64,000 nucleotides of DNA from an uncultured bacterium (GTDB lineage: Bacteria > Patescibacteriota > Minisyncoccia > Minisyncoccales > RBG-13-42-11): contig CAWBPO010000001.1 of NCBI GenBank assembly GCA_963790795.1, positions 38,675 to 102,674 on the forward strand, written 5' to 3'. This document shows positions 1-10,720 of the stretch, piece by piece. Position 1 is the first letter of the stretch. Each line of letters starts with the position of its first letter. Under the pieces are notes generated by a model, which saw nothing but the letters and a program-made list of their open reading frames with translations, was not told the DNA's origin and ran no database searches. Made by a program: the position numbers and the translations under genes.

Positions 1-286
1 AAAACTAAAGCCAGGCATCTCAAATCTTTTAACTATCTATTCTTTATTTTCCGGGAAAACGATCAAAGAAACGGAAAAGAAATTCAAAGGGAAAGGATAC
101 GCAGATTTTAAAAAAGCTTTATCAGAGCTTCTGATTAATTCTTTGGAGCCTTTCCGCAAAAAAAGAAAAGAACTCCTCCAAAGAGAAGTTTATGTCAGAG
201 AGATTCTGGAACAAGGCAGGAAAAAAGCTGAATCCATTGCCCAATCCACTATTCAGGAAGCAAAGAAAAAAATGGGCCTGATTTAA
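1..286 (+). CDS. trpS: tryptophan--tRNA ligase, C-terminal fragment (5' end outside window)
   Basis: Frame-2 translation ...GKGYADFKKALSELLINSLEPFRKKRKELLQREVYVREILEQGRKKAESIAQSTIQEAKKKMGLI* matches the conserved TrpRS C-terminus (G..DLKKA.AE.V...LEP.QER......D..YL..V.R.GAEKA...A..TL..V....G); stop TAA 284-286. Confidence 0.65.
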   Translation, partial: KLKPGISNLLTIYSLFSGKTIKETEKKFKGKGYADFKKALSELLINSLEPFRKKRKELLQREVYVREILEQGRKKAESIAQSTIQEAKKKMGLI

Positions 287-1704
287 AGACCCATTTCCTG
301 ATAGGTTTTTTTAGTTACCGGAATCCCAACCTTCTCAAAAAGCTTCAAGCTTTCTTTTTCTATATCAATTAAATGTTCCTTGGTGTCGCCTTCAAAGCGG
401 CATTTTATAATCGGAGTGGTGTTGGCTGCCCGTGCCAAAGCCCAGCCATGAGCAAAATTAATTCTGGCACCGTCAATATCAATAAAATCGTAATTGTTTT
501 CTTTAAGATGTTTTTGCAGGTTTCCAATAATCTTGAACTTTTTCTCGTCGGTGGTATCAATGAATATCTCGGAACTGGCAAAATATCGAGGCAGGCTGTC
601 AATATATTCGGCTAAATCTTCCTTTTCAGAAGCGATTTCAGCCAATTTCAAGGAAGCGAAAAGAGCATCATCACAAAGATAATAATCAAGAGGGAAAAAG
701 AAATGTAAAGTAATTTCTCCGCCGAAAACAGCACCTGTTTCAATAATTTTATTGATAACAGCGTTATGATGGGATACTGAGAAATAAGTTTTCGCTCCCT
801 GTTTTGCCATATCATTCAAAAAAGCTTTGGAAACTCTCATATCATGAACAACAGGCCCTTTTTTCTTTTTCAGAGATTGACGAGCCAATATTAAAAGGCA
901 GTGGTCTCCAGAAACTAATCTGCCTTTATTATCAATCAAAGCCACTCTGTCGCCGTCGCCGTCAAAAGCAAAGCCCAAATCAGCTTTTTCTTTCAAAATC
1001 AGCTTTTCTAAATCCTGAATATTTTCTTCCTCGTAAGGGTCTGGCAAATGATGAGGGAAATTTCCGTCAAATTCGCCGTAAATCGTTTTTACCTGACAGC
1101 CCAATTTTTTAAAAACTTCTTCTGGCAAAAAACCCATTGCTCCGTTTCCAGAATCAATAATGATTTTTAATGGCCGTTTTAAGCTGATTCGTCCTGTGAC
1201 ATAATTAATGTAATCTTTGACAGGACTAAAAGAAACCTCCTTTCCTTTTTTGCTGTCTTGTTTCGAAGCATTTTTTAAAACTAGCTCTTTTATCTTTATT
1301 AAATCCTCTCCGATAACATCTTCTGAAATTTCCTTGTTTTGCCTGCGAATGTGAAGCGTCAACCCATTGTATTCTTTGGGGTTGTGGGAACCGCTAACCA
1401 TTATTCCCCCGTCAAAGTGGTAATGAAAAATTGAAAAATAAAACAAAGAGTCAGGAGCTGTCCCGATATTAATTACTTCTTTGCCTTTATCAACCAGTTC
1501 GTCCATAATCGCTTCAGCTAAAGAAGGAGAACTTAACCTGGTATCGCAGGCTACTGCTATTTTTTGGGCCCAGGGATACAATTCAGTATAGGCTGAAGCA
1601 ATTTTTTTAGCTGCTTCCTCATTCAAATCGTCAGGATAAATTCCTCGGATGTCGTAAGCGCGAAAAATATTTGGATTGATACTTCGAAATGGATTGATTT
1701 TCAT
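283..1704 (-). CDS. alpha-D-phosphohexomutase (phosphomannomutase/phosphoglucomutase/GlmM family)
   Basis: 473 aa; N-term FRAYDIRG, active-site GIMVSGSHNP (T/SASHNP motif), metal-binding FDGDGDR. Confidence 0.8.
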   Translation of the reverse strand: MKINPFRSINPNIFRAYDIRGIYPDDLNEEAAKKIASAYTELYPWAQKIAVACDTRLSSPSLAEAIMDELVDKGKEVINIGTAPDSLFYFSIFHYHFDGGIMVSGSHNPKEYNGLTLHIRRQNKEISEDVIGEDLIKIKELVLKNASKQDSKKGKEVSFSPVKDYINYVTGRISLKRPLKIIIDSGNGAMGFLPEEVFKKLGCQVKTIYGEFDGNFPHHLPDPYEEENIQDLEKLILKEKADLGFAFDGDGDRVALIDNKGRLVSGDHCLLILARQSLKKKKGPVVHDMRVSKAFLNDMAKQGAKTYFSVSHHNAVINKIIETGAVFGGEITLHFFFPLDYYLCDDALFASLKLAEIASEKEDLAEYIDSLPRYFASSEIFIDTTDEKKFKIIGNLQKHLKENNYDFIDIDGARINFAHGWALARAANTTPIIKCRFEGDTKEHLIDIEKESLKLFEKVGIPVTKKTYQEMGL

Positions 1705-1728
1705 AATATTTTATTATATCATATTAGT

Positions 1729-2760
1729 ATGTCTTTTTCAGTGGGTATAATCGGACTTCCCAATGTCGGGAAATCCACCTTGTTTAAAGCGCTTACTAAA
1801 ATTCCGGTTGACATAGCTGCTTATCCTTTTACGACAATTCATCCAAATGTCGGAGTGGTTCAGGTACCGGACAAAAGACTGGAAGAAATCGCCAAGGTTA
1901 TCAAACCGGAAAAAAGTACTCCAACCATAATTGAGTTTGTCGATATTGCCGGTTTGGTGAAAGGAGCTCATAAGGGCGAGGGGCTGGGCAATCAATTTTT
2001 AACTCACATCAGGAACTGCGATGCCATAGTTGAAGTGGTCAGGGAGTTTGAAGACGCTAACGTTGAACATGTTGACGGAGCTGTTGATCCGGAAAAAGAT
2101 ATTGGAACGGTACAGGTTGAGCTTTTAATGAAGGATTTGGAAACTTTAGAAGGACTGATCTTAAAAGTTGAAAAAGAAGAAAAAGATAAAAAATCATTGA
2201 AAAGAATAGAACTTCTCCGAAAGATTAAAGACTGGGTTTCCCAGGGCAATTTGATTTCAGAATTGAATTTAACTGAAGAAGAAAAATCAGAGATTAAAGA
2301 ATACCAGTTTCTAACCCAAAAACCACTGCTTTATGTTTTAAATACCGACGGAAAAGCTGAAGCACTCCCTGCCAAAATAAAATACCTGGCAATGAACCTG
2401 AAAGACGAAGAAGGATTCTCAGAACTATCAGACAAAGAACAACAAGAGCTCGGCCTTAAATCAAAACTTGACCAATTAATCGTTGACTGCTACAATATTC
2501 TTGATTTAATTACTTTTTTCACAATAGCCGGCTTAAAAGAAACTCGGGCCTGGACATTGAAAAAAGGATTAACAGCGCCCTTGGCCGGAGGAATCGTTCA
2601 TTCTGATTTCCAGGAAAAGTTTATAAAGGCAGAAACGATCAACTGGCAAAAATTGGTTGAAAGCGGAAACTGGCATAAAGCGCGGGAATTGGGATGGCTG
2701 AAAACCGCTGGCAAAGATTATCTTGTTCAAGACGGCGACGTAATAGAATTTAAAATATAA
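1729..2760 (+). CDS. ychF: ribosome-binding ATPase YchF (Obg-family GTPase, TGS C-terminal domain)
   Basis: GLPNVGKST P-loop, AAYPFTTIHPNVGVV, C-terminal TGS-like region. Confidence 0.9.
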   Translation: MSFSVGIIGLPNVGKSTLFKALTKIPVDIAAYPFTTIHPNVGVVQVPDKRLEEIAKVIKPEKSTPTIIEFVDIAGLVKGAHKGEGLGNQFLTHIRNCDAIVEVVREFEDANVEHVDGAVDPEKDIGTVQVELLMKDLETLEGLILKVEKEEKDKKSLKRIELLRKIKDWVSQGNLISELNLTEEEKSEIKEYQFLTQKPLLYVLNTDGKAEALPAKIKYLAMNLKDEEGFSELSDKEQQELGLKSKLDQLIVDCYNILDLITFFTIAGLKETRAWTLKKGLTAPLAGGIVHSDFQEKFIKAETINWQKLVESGNWHKARELGWLKTAGKDYLVQDGDVIEFKI

Positions 2761-2764
2761 TCTT

Positions 2765-3169
2765 ATGAAAAACTACGAACTAACTTGTTTAATATCATCT
2801 GAAATTTCTGAAACAGAAGCCCAGCAATTGCAGAACCAGATTGCTACTTTGATACAAAGCGAAGCTGGCATTTTGCTTGAAGAAAAACTGCCTTTCAGAA
2901 AAAAATTAGCTTATCCTGTCAAAAAACAATCTCAGGCCTATTTGAGTGTTCTGGTTTTTCAGCTTGAGCCTGAAAAATTGAAAAACCTAGAGAAAAAATT
3001 AAAAGAAATAAGCCAGATTCTCCGTTATTTGATTCTGATAAAACATCCTGTCAAAGAAGATAAAATTACTTCTTTTGCAAGAAAAACAAAATCTAAAAAG
3101 CCGGAGAAAGAAAAAAAGGTCGACTTAAAAGACATTGAGAAAAAATTAGAAGAAATACTTGAAAAATGA
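2765..3169 (+). CDS. rpsF: 30S ribosomal protein S6 with K/E-rich C-terminal tail
   Basis: YEL..L......E...........I...G......E..G.R.LAYP pattern; conserved rpsF-ssb-rpsR order. Confidence 0.75.
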   Translation: MKNYELTCLISSEISETEAQQLQNQIATLIQSEAGILLEEKLPFRKKLAYPVKKQSQAYLSVLVFQLEPEKLKNLEKKLKEISQILRYLILIKHPVKEDKITSFARKTKSKKPEKEKKVDLKDIEKKLEEILEK

Positions 3170-3591
3170 ACCTTAATAAAGTTTTTTTAATCGGCCGATT
3201 AACCAGAGACCCCGAAAAAAGAGCTCTCCCCTCAGGACAATCGGTAACTTCTTTCGGAATGGCAACTGATCGCTTTTTCAACGACAAAAACGGCCAAAGA
3301 CAACAGCAAACAGAGTTTCACAACATTGTAATGTTCGGAAAACTGGCTGACATTGCCAGCCAATATTTGAACAAAGGGTCTTTAGTTTTAATCGAAGGCA
3401 GGACGCAAACAAGAACCTGGCAGGATTCCTCCGGCAATCAAAGATCGCGGACAGAAATCGTAGCTGAAAGACTGCAAATGGGCCCCAAGTCAGCCAACAG
3501 AACAGTCAGCCAGGAACCGGAAAAAACGTCAGAAGATATTCCAGTTATTGAAGAAGAACAGGAAATTGATATAAAAGACGTCCCATTTTAG
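3166..3591 (+). CDS. ssb: single-stranded DNA-binding protein
   Basis: N-terminal OB fold (MNLNKVFLIGRLTRDPE...), acidic C-terminal tail ending DIKDVPF. Confidence 0.85.
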   Translation: MNLNKVFLIGRLTRDPEKRALPSGQSVTSFGMATDRFFNDKNGQRQQQTEFHNIVMFGKLADIASQYLNKGSLVLIEGRTQTRTWQDSSGNQRSRTEIVAERLQMGPKSANRTVSQEPEKTSEDIPVIEEEQEIDIKDVPF

Positions 3592-3617
3592 AAATTAGTC
3601 ATTAGAAATTTTCACTT

Positions 3618-3815
3618 ATGGAATGCTACTTTTGCCAAAGAAACATCAAGAGTATTGATTTTAAAAATACGCAAATTTTGTGGAGATTTATCTCAGCTTC
3701 GGGAAAAATAAAACCAAAAAAAAGAACCGGAGTCTGTTCCGGTCATCAGCGAAAATTGACTCGGGCGATAAAAAGAGCAAGGTATTTAGCCCTTCTCTCT
3801 CCAACTTCTAAATAA
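3618..3815 (+). CDS. rpsR: 30S ribosomal protein S18
   Basis: CYFC...IDFKN...L.RFIS..GKI.P.R.TG.C...QR.L..AIKRAR.LAL; 3' end overlaps recA 3' end by 30 nt (convergent). Confidence 0.8.
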   Translation: MECYFCQRNIKSIDFKNTQILWRFISASGKIKPKKRTGVCSGHQRKLTRAIKRARYLALLSPTSK

Positions 3816-4793
3816 CAAATCTTTAATCTTTTCGGTAATTTCAGGATTTTGCCTTAGGAATTCTTTGCTTGCCTCCGTCCCCTGTCCGAGTTTGTTATCT
3901 TCAAATTGAAGCCAAGAACCGGCTTTTTTTATTATTTCCGCTTTTACGCCGGCCGCCAAAACGTCCCCGTAATATGAAATTCCTTCATTGTAGAAAATGT
4001 CAAATTCTGCGATTTTGAAAGGCGGAGCAACCTTATTTTTGACTATCTTCGCTTTGATTCTTGAACCGATAATTTCTTCTTTTTGCTTGATTTGAGCAAT
4101 CCTCCTCAAATCGATTCTGACTGAAGCGTAAAATTTCAAAGCAAGACCGCCAGGCGTTGTTTCCGGATTGCCGAACATGATCCCTATTTTCATTCTTGTC
4201 TGGTTGATAAAAATCAAAACTGTTTTCGATTTGGCAAGTATGCCAGACAATTTTCTTAATGCCTGGCTCATCAATCTCGCTTGCAGGCCTATTTGGAATT
4301 CGCCCATTTCTCCGGCAATTTCTGCCTGGGGAACCAAAGCAGCAACAGAATCAACGACAATCACGTCAATCCCTCCTGATTTGACCAAAGTTTCAACTAT
4401 CTGCAAAGCTTGTTCTCCTGAATCTGGCTGGGAAATCAAAAGGTCGTCAATATTAACGCCGATTTTTCTGGAATAATCAGGGTCTAAAGCATGTTCAGCG
4501 TCAATAAAAGCGCCTATCCCTCCTTTTTTTTGAGCTTCAGCTAAAATATGTAGCGCTAAAGTGCTTTTGCCGGAACTCTCAGGTCCGAAAATCTCAATCA
4601 CTCTTCCCCGCGGCACTCCTCCCACTCCCAAAGCCAAATCCAAAGAAAGGGAACCCGTAGGAATTACATCAACATCAACTGCTCTTGCATCTTTCAGTTT
4701 CATAATCGCTCCCTCTCCGAAGCGCTGTTTTATCTCGTCAACTGCTTCCTGCAAATCTTTTGATTCTGATTGTTGTATTTTTTTCTTTGCCAT
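3786..4793 (-). CDS. recA: recombinase RecA
   Basis: [36 protein letters not shown] Walker A, L1/L2 loops. Confidence 0.95.
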   Translation of the reverse strand: MAKKKIQQSESKDLQEAVDEIKQRFGEGAIMKLKDARAVDVDVIPTGSLSLDLALGVGGVPRGRVIEIFGPESSGKSTLALHILAEAQKKGGIGAFIDAEHALDPDYSRKIGVNIDDLLISQPDSGEQALQIVETLVKSGGIDVIVVDSVAALVPQAEIAGEMGEFQIGLQARLMSQALRKLSGILAKSKTVLIFINQTRMKIGIMFGNPETTPGGLALKFYASVRIDLRRIAQIKQKEEIIGSRIKAKIVKNKVAPPFKIAEFDIFYNEGISYYGDVLAAGVKAEIIKKAGSWLQFEDNKLGQGTEASKEFLRQNPEITEKIKDLLFRSWREKG

Positions 4794-4827
4794 AATGTTA
4801 TTTTAGCAATAAAAAATATATTTTCAA

Positions 4828-6978
4828 CTAAATTTTTTCCCAGCCCTCATCGTTTTCTTCGTTTTGCGTTTCTTGTTTTAAGAACACTTCTCTCGGTTTT
4901 GCTCCTTCGCCGGGCCCGATAATGCCCTTTTCCTCAAGAATATCCAGCAATCTGGCAGCTCTGGCATAGCCGATTCTCAGTCTTCTCTGTAAAAAAGAAG
5001 CAGAAGCTTTTTTTGTTTCAATGACTATTTTCTTCGCTTCCTCATACAAAGGGTCTTCTCCTCCGACATAGCCGTCAAAACTTTCGCCGTTCTTCATTTC
5101 CAAGGTCTTTTCCAAATCCTCTGCCAGATGGTTTTCAATTAAATCAGGTTCTTCAAGAGCTTCTTCTCTTTGGCTTTTAACATAATCTATCACTTTTCTC
5201 ACTTCTTTTTCAGAAGTATATGAGCCCTGGATTCTTTTCGGCTTTGACACTTCTGCTGAAATGAAAAGCAAATCACCAGCGCCCAATAGCTTCTCAGCGC
5301 CTGCCATATCCAGGACAGTTCTACTATCAACTTGCGAGGCGACCTGGAAAGTGACCCTGGAAGTAATATTTGCTTTTATTAAGCCGGTAATCACTTCAAC
5401 TGACGGCCTTTGAGTGGCAACGACCAAATGAATGCCCACCGCTCTTGCCATCTGAGCTAATCTTACTATTCCTGCTTCCATATCCCTTCCTTTTGCTGCC
5501 ATTAAATCTGCCAATTCGTCAATAATCAAAACAATGTAAGGCAAAGGATTTCCTCCTTCTTTTGTGATTTTGGCATTATAGCTGTCTATATTTCTTGAGC
5601 CGTTTCCGGACAGACTATCAAACCTTTTTTCCATTTCCATAATCAGCCACTTCAAAGCATTGATTGTCCTTTGCGGGTCAAAGATAACAGGAGTCAAAAG
5701 GTGAGGAAGGTCTTTGTAAGCTGAAAATTCAACTCTTTTGGGGTCAACCAGAATAAACCTCAAAGTTTCAGGAGAATTCTGGTAAAGCAGGCTTAAAATC
5801 AAACAATTCAAGAAAATGGTTTTACCTGTGCCAGTTGCTCCAGCTACTAAAAGATGGGGCATTCTTGCCAGATCCGCATAGCAAGAATTGCCTGAAACAT
5901 CCTTGCCCAAAACAATATTCAAGCCAGAAGCAGTGTTTTGGAACTGAGGATTAGCAACCAAATCTCTCAACCTTATCTGGCATCTTGTTTTATTGGGCAC
6001 CTCAATGCCAACCAGAGATTTGCCGGGAATCGGCGCTTCAATTCTGATCGGATGGCTGGCCAGAGCCAAAGAAAGATTGTTGGAAAGAGCGGTAATTTTG
6101 GAAAGCATTATGCCTTCAGCCGGCTTTAAGCTGTATTGGGTTACTGTCGGGCCGATATTTATTTCTGACATTTCCACTGGCAGGCCGAAGTTTTCCAAAG
6201 TTTTTTTAATAATTGCCGAATTAGTCACTGTGTCGCCGGCTGTCGGCTTTCCTTTGTCTGTTTCCAATAATTCCAAAGGCGGTCTTTTATACTGTTCTCC
6301 AGCCAGGACTTTGGCTGTTTTTTTGCTTTCAAGTTCCAAAACCGGCTCTTCTGCTTTTGAGTAAGTTTCTTTTACTCTCGGCTCAACTTCCCTGACTTTG
6401 AATTGGGGCAGGAATATTCTCTTTATTAAAGAAGGTTCTTTTTCTATTTCCAGCTTGTCAGTTTTCGGAGCTTCTTTAATGTCCGGCCTTTTGATTAAAT
6501 ACCAGAAAATCAAAAGCCCGATAACAATTACTCCGCTGAAAACTATTTTGGTCACTAAAAGCCCGAATAATTGCAAAAAAGGCCAGTTAAGAACAAATCC
6601 CAGCCAGCCACCTTGTTTTGGCTCTGAAGAAAAACTCTCAATAATCCCGGCTGTTCCGATAATCAAGATAAAAATAGCCAGGATTGTCGGACCGAAAAAC
6701 TTCTTGTATTTTGTATTGAAAAAGACGATTCCGGCCAAAACTAAAATCAAAGGAATGAAAAAAATGGCTCTGCCGATTAAAAAAGTGAGTCCCTTAATCA
6801 AAGCTGAACCAGCCCCTCCTGCCTTGTCAAAAAAACTCAAACCGACAATTATCGCCAAAATAAAAATTACTACGCCGGAAATCCACTTTTTAACCTCTTC
6901 GGGCAAGGAAAAAATACCGGGTTTTTTCTCTTTTGCCAGGAATTTTTTATTGTTTTTGTATTTTTTCTTCTTTGACAC
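4828..6978 (-). CDS. ftsK: DNA translocase FtsK/SpoIIIE
   Basis: N-terminal TM helices, LVAGATGTGKT motor domain, C-terminal gamma wHTH (LYEEAKKIV...FLQRRLRIGYARAARLLDILEEKGIIGP). Confidence 0.9.
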   Translation of the reverse strand: MSKKKKYKNNKKFLAKEKKPGIFSLPEEVKKWISGVVIFILAIIVGLSFFDKAGGAGSALIKGLTFLIGRAIFFIPLILVLAGIVFFNTKYKKFFGPTILAIFILIIGTAGIIESFSSEPKQGGWLGFVLNWPFLQLFGLLVTKIVFSGVIVIGLLIFWYLIKRPDIKEAPKTDKLEIEKEPSLIKRIFLPQFKVREVEPRVKETYSKAEEPVLELESKKTAKVLAGEQYKRPPLELLETDKGKPTAGDTVTNSAIIKKTLENFGLPVEMSEINIGPTVTQYSLKPAEGIMLSKITALSNNLSLALASHPIRIEAPIPGKSLVGIEVPNKTRCQIRLRDLVANPQFQNTASGLNIVLGKDVSGNSCYADLARMPHLLVAGATGTGKTIFLNCLILSLLYQNSPETLRFILVDPKRVEFSAYKDLPHLLTPVIFDPQRTINALKWLIMEMEKRFDSLSGNGSRNIDSYNAKITKEGGNPLPYIVLIIDELADLMAAKGRDMEAGIVRLAQMARAVGIHLVVATQRPSVEVITGLIKANITSRVTFQVASQVDSRTVLDMAGAEKLLGAGDLLFISAEVSKPKRIQGSYTSEKEVRKVIDYVKSQREEALEEPDLIENHLAEDLEKTLEMKNGESFDGYVGGEDPLYEEAKKIVIETKKASASFLQRRLRIGYARAARLLDILEEKGIIGPGEGAKPREVFLKQETQNEENDEGWEKI

Positions 6979-7092
6979 AGATAAAAATTTAACTTGCTAA
7001 TGCCTTTTCATTATATCACTTCTCCGCCCAATTAAAAATCCCTGCAACTTTTTTACATTTAACATTATGAGATGATGATAAAGCAAATAAAT

Positions 7093-10000
7093 TTACTTTT
7101 TCTTAAAACCCGTGCCAGCCGGAATCAGCTTGCCGATAATCACGTTTTCCTTCAATCCCCTTAACTTGTCTTCTTTCCCTTCCAGAGAAGCTTTAATCAA
7201 AACCCTGGAAGTTTCCTGAAATGAAGCTGCCGAAAGGAAACTGTCCGTGGTCAGGGCAACCCTGGAAATCCCCAATAGAATGGAAACGCCTTTGGCCGGT
7301 TTCTTCTTTGCTTTTTTGAGCTGGTTGTTTTCTTCCAAGAATTTTGTTTTTTCAATGATTTCGCCGGAAGAAAAAGAAGAATCCTCAGGGTCTTTTATCC
7401 GTATTCTTGAAAACATCTGACGACAAATTATCTCAATGTGCTTGTCATGAATCAAAGCTCCCTGGGAAACGTAAATCTTCTGGATTTCCTTAATAATGTA
7501 TCTTTGAGTATCTTCTTCGCCTGTCAACTTAAATAATTCTTTCAGTTCTAAACTTCCCTCGCAAAGCTGCTGCCCTTTTTTAATATCTTGTCCTGGTTCC
7601 ACCCAAACAGCTGATTTTGCCGGAATATTGTATTCAACTACTTCTGATTTTTGGGATTTTGACTTCGGAGTTTGGACTTTAGATTTTATCTTTATTATCT
7701 TGTCCGGCGTTATTTCCAAAACCTTACCGTCAGCATGAGCGATTTCCGCTTTTCCGCCAGGCACTCTTGCCTCAAAAATCTCCTGGACTCGCGGCAAACC
7801 CATAGTGATGTCTCCGCCGCCTGCCACGCCTCCTGTATGAAAAGTTCTCATGGTTAACTGAGTTCCCGGCTCGCCGATTGACTGAGCAGCAACCACTCCC
7901 ACTGCTTCTCCTAATTGTATCAGCCGGTTTTTGCCGGCATCCCAACCATAGCATTTCTGGCAAACGCCCCTGATTGACTCGCAGCTTAAAGGCGTTCTTA
8001 CTCTTATCTCTTCAATGCCGGCTTTGACTATTTTCTCGGCTTTATCCCAGTCAATAATTTCTCCTTGCTTGCAGATTTTTTTAACGTTTTCAAGGCAAAC
8101 CCTGCCTAAAATTTTGAAAATAAAGTTCTGGCCGATTTCATCAGCATCTTTTTTCAAAATAACCACTCCTTCTTTATTACCGCAATCCTCTTCAGTAACT
8201 ATGGCTTCGTGGGCAACGTCAACCAGTCTTCTGGTCAGATAGCCGGCTGTGGAAGTTCTGAGAGCTGTATCAGCTGTTCCTTTTCTGGCGCCGTGAGTGG
8301 AAATAAAATATTCCAAAACATCAAACCCCTCTTTAAAAGAGCTTTTGACGGGCAATTCAATGATTTGGCCTGCTGGATTAATCACCAGCCCTTTCATTCC
8401 TGCCATCTGAACCGGCTGGCCCCAAGAACCTTTTGCTCCAGAATCAATTATTTGGAAAACAGAACCGTCCTCTGGCAAAGATTTTGGCACCAGTTCCTCA
8501 ATTTTTGTTTTCACCCTGCTCCAAACTTCAATCACTTTAAAGCTTTTTTCCTCTTTTGAAAGCAGTCCTTTTTTGAAGTGCGTTTCAATCCCCTCAATCT
8601 CTTTTTCCGCTTCAGCAATAATTTTCCCTTTTTCAGGAGGAACGACCAAATCATCCATGCCCCAAGAAACTCCAGACCAAGTTGAATATTCAAAGCCCAG
8701 TTCTTTTATCTTGTCCAAAACCTCTTCTGTTTTTTTAGAATCATATTTTTCAATAACATCTCTGACTATTGTTTCCAAATCTTTGATCCTTATCAAAGAG
8801 TTCTGAAAAGGAAAATTCTCAGGCAAAGCTTCATTGAAAATAATTCTGCCGACTGTAGTTTCAATCAATGGAGAGCTCTGGGAAAATCTGACTTTTATTT
8901 TAGCTTGTATGTCAACTTCGCCGAACTCAAAAGCAAGAATGGCTTCTTCTTTATTGCTGAATACTTTCCCTTCTCCTTTTGCTCCTTCCTTCAACCGTGT
9001 CATCCAGCTGCAACCCAGAACAATATCCTGATTAAGACTGACAACCGGAGTGCCGGTAGCTGGCTTTAACAGATTAAGAGTGAAAAGCATGATTTCCCTG
9101 GCTTCTTTCTGAGCTTTATCAGATAAGGGCAAATGAACTGCCATTTGATCGCCGTCAAAGTCAGCGTTAAATGATTTGCAGACCATGGGATGAATTCTAA
9201 TTGATTCGCCTTCAATTAATATGGGATAAAAAGCCTGTATTCCCAATCTGTGAAGAGTGGGAGCACGATTGAGCAAAACAAGCTTGTCTTTAACCACTTC
9301 TTCCAAACTGGCCCAAACTTCGTCTGTTTCCTGCTCAATTAACCTGGCCGCTCCCCTGACATTGTAGGTTAATTCTTTATCCAGCAGTTTTTTAATTATA
9401 AAAGGCTTGAAAAGCTCTAAAGCCATTTGCTTTGGAATGCCCACCTGATTAAGCTTCAAATCAGGACCGACAACAATTACCGACCTTCCCGAATAATCCA
9501 CTCTTTTCCCCAAGAGATTCTGTCTGAAGCGTCCTTGTTTTCCTTTAAGTATGTCAGCTAAAGACTTCAATAATCTCTTGCCTCCGGTAGTGGCTGTGGT
9601 CATTGTTCCTTTTCTCATTCCATTGTCAATCAAAGCGTCAACCGCTTCCTGAAGCATTCTTTTTTCATTTCTGACAATGACTTCCGGAGCGCCTATTTCC
9701 AAGAGGTATTTTAACCGGTTGTTGCGGTTAATAACTCTTCTGTAGAGGTCGTTCAAATCAGAAGAAGCGTAGCGGCCGCCGTCCAACTGGACCATTGGCC
9801 TTAAATCAGGAGGCAGTACCGGCAGCAAGGTCATAAACATCCATTCCGGCCTGATGCCGGCCTTAATCATTCCTTGAAAAAGTTTCAACCTGGCCAAAAT
9901 CTTTTTTCTGGAAACAGGTTGAGCGGTTTCCATTTCTTTTTTCAGCTCTGCAATTTTTTTCTTCAAATCAATCTTTTCAAATATTTTTCTCAAGATTTCA

Positions 10001-10677
10001 GCTCCTGTGCCAGCTTCAAAAATTTCTCCATATTTCAAAGAAAGGCGATGGAAATCAACTTCCGGCAAAATCTTAAACGGCTTTAAATTCAAAACTTCTT
10101 CTCTGGCTGCGTCCCTGGCTGCTTTTAATTCCGCTGGTTTAATTTTTTCAGATTTTGGTTTTTTGTTTTTAATTTTAATTTTGAGTTTTGAACTTTGAGC
10201 TTTAAATTTTACCTTGTATTCTTTTTCAATCTCGTCCAAAACCTTTTTTTTGGCGTCTTCGTTTATACTAATAACAATGTATGAAGAGAAATAAATCACT
10301 TTCTCAATCTGCTGCATCGGAAGATCAAAAACCATGCCCATTCTGGAGGGCACGCCTCTTAAAAACCAGATGTGAGAGCAGGGGCTGGCCAACTTAATGT
10401 GACCCATTCTCTCCCTTCTTGCCTGGGCTTTGGTTACTTCCACCCCGCATCTGTCGCAAACCATGGCTTTATACCTGATTCCTTTGTATTTGCCGCAATA
10501 GCATTCGTAATCTTTAACAGGCCCGAAAATCTTCTCGCAAAAAAGACCGTCTTTTTCAGCGCGTTGGGTCCTGTAATTAATAGTTTCAGGCTTTGTCACT
10601 TCGCCTTTAGACCAAACTAAAATCTCCTCAGGCGAGGCAATCTTTATTCTGATTGATTCTAAATCTTGGACTCTCAT
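7093..10677 (-). CDS. rpoC: DNA-directed RNA polymerase subunit beta'
   Basis: 1194 aa; Zn-finger CYCGKYKG...CDRCGVEV, NADFDGDQMAVH catalytic motif. Confidence 0.95.
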   Translation of the reverse strand: MRVQDLESIRIKIASPEEILVWSKGEVTKPETINYRTQRAEKDGLFCEKIFGPVKDYECYCGKYKGIRYKAMVCDRCGVEVTKAQARRERMGHIKLASPCSHIWFLRGVPSRMGMVFDLPMQQIEKVIYFSSYIVISINEDAKKKVLDEIEKEYKVKFKAQSSKLKIKIKNKKPKSEKIKPAELKAARDAAREEVLNLKPFKILPEVDFHRLSLKYGEIFEAGTGAEILRKIFEKIDLKKKIAELKKEMETAQPVSRKKILARLKLFQGMIKAGIRPEWMFMTLLPVLPPDLRPMVQLDGGRYASSDLNDLYRRVINRNNRLKYLLEIGAPEVIVRNEKRMLQEAVDALIDNGMRKGTMTTATTGGKRLLKSLADILKGKQGRFRQNLLGKRVDYSGRSVIVVGPDLKLNQVGIPKQMALELFKPFIIKKLLDKELTYNVRGAARLIEQETDEVWASLEEVVKDKLVLLNRAPTLHRLGIQAFYPILIEGESIRIHPMVCKSFNADFDGDQMAVHLPLSDKAQKEAREIMLFTLNLLKPATGTPVVSLNQDIVLGCSWMTRLKEGAKGEGKVFSNKEEAILAFEFGEVDIQAKIKVRFSQSSPLIETTVGRIIFNEALPENFPFQNSLIRIKDLETIVRDVIEKYDSKKTEEVLDKIKELGFEYSTWSGVSWGMDDLVVPPEKGKIIAEAEKEIEGIETHFKKGLLSKEEKSFKVIEVWSRVKTKIEELVPKSLPEDGSVFQIIDSGAKGSWGQPVQMAGMKGLVINPAGQIIELPVKSSFKEGFDVLEYFISTHGARKGTADTALRTSTAGYLTRRLVDVAHEAIVTEEDCGNKEGVVILKKDADEIGQNFIFKILGRVCLENVKKICKQGEIIDWDKAEKIVKAGIEEIRVRTPLSCESIRGVCQKCYGWDAGKNRLIQLGEAVGVVAAQSIGEPGTQLTMRTFHTGGVAGGGDITMGLPRVQEIFEARVPGGKAEIAHADGKVLEITPDKIIKIKSKVQTPKSKSQKSEVVEYNIPAKSAVWVEPGQDIKKGQQLCEGSLELKELFKLTGEEDTQRYIIKEIQKIYVSQGALIHDKHIEIICRQMFSRIRIKDPEDSSFSSGEIIEKTKFLEENNQLKKAKKKPAKGVSILLGISRVALTTDSFLSAASFQETSRVLIKASLEGKEDKLRGLKENVIIGKLIPAGTGFKKK

Positions 10678-10720
10678 AATTTGAACGTTAGTGAAAAATA
10701 TATTCCGCAGATCATATTTC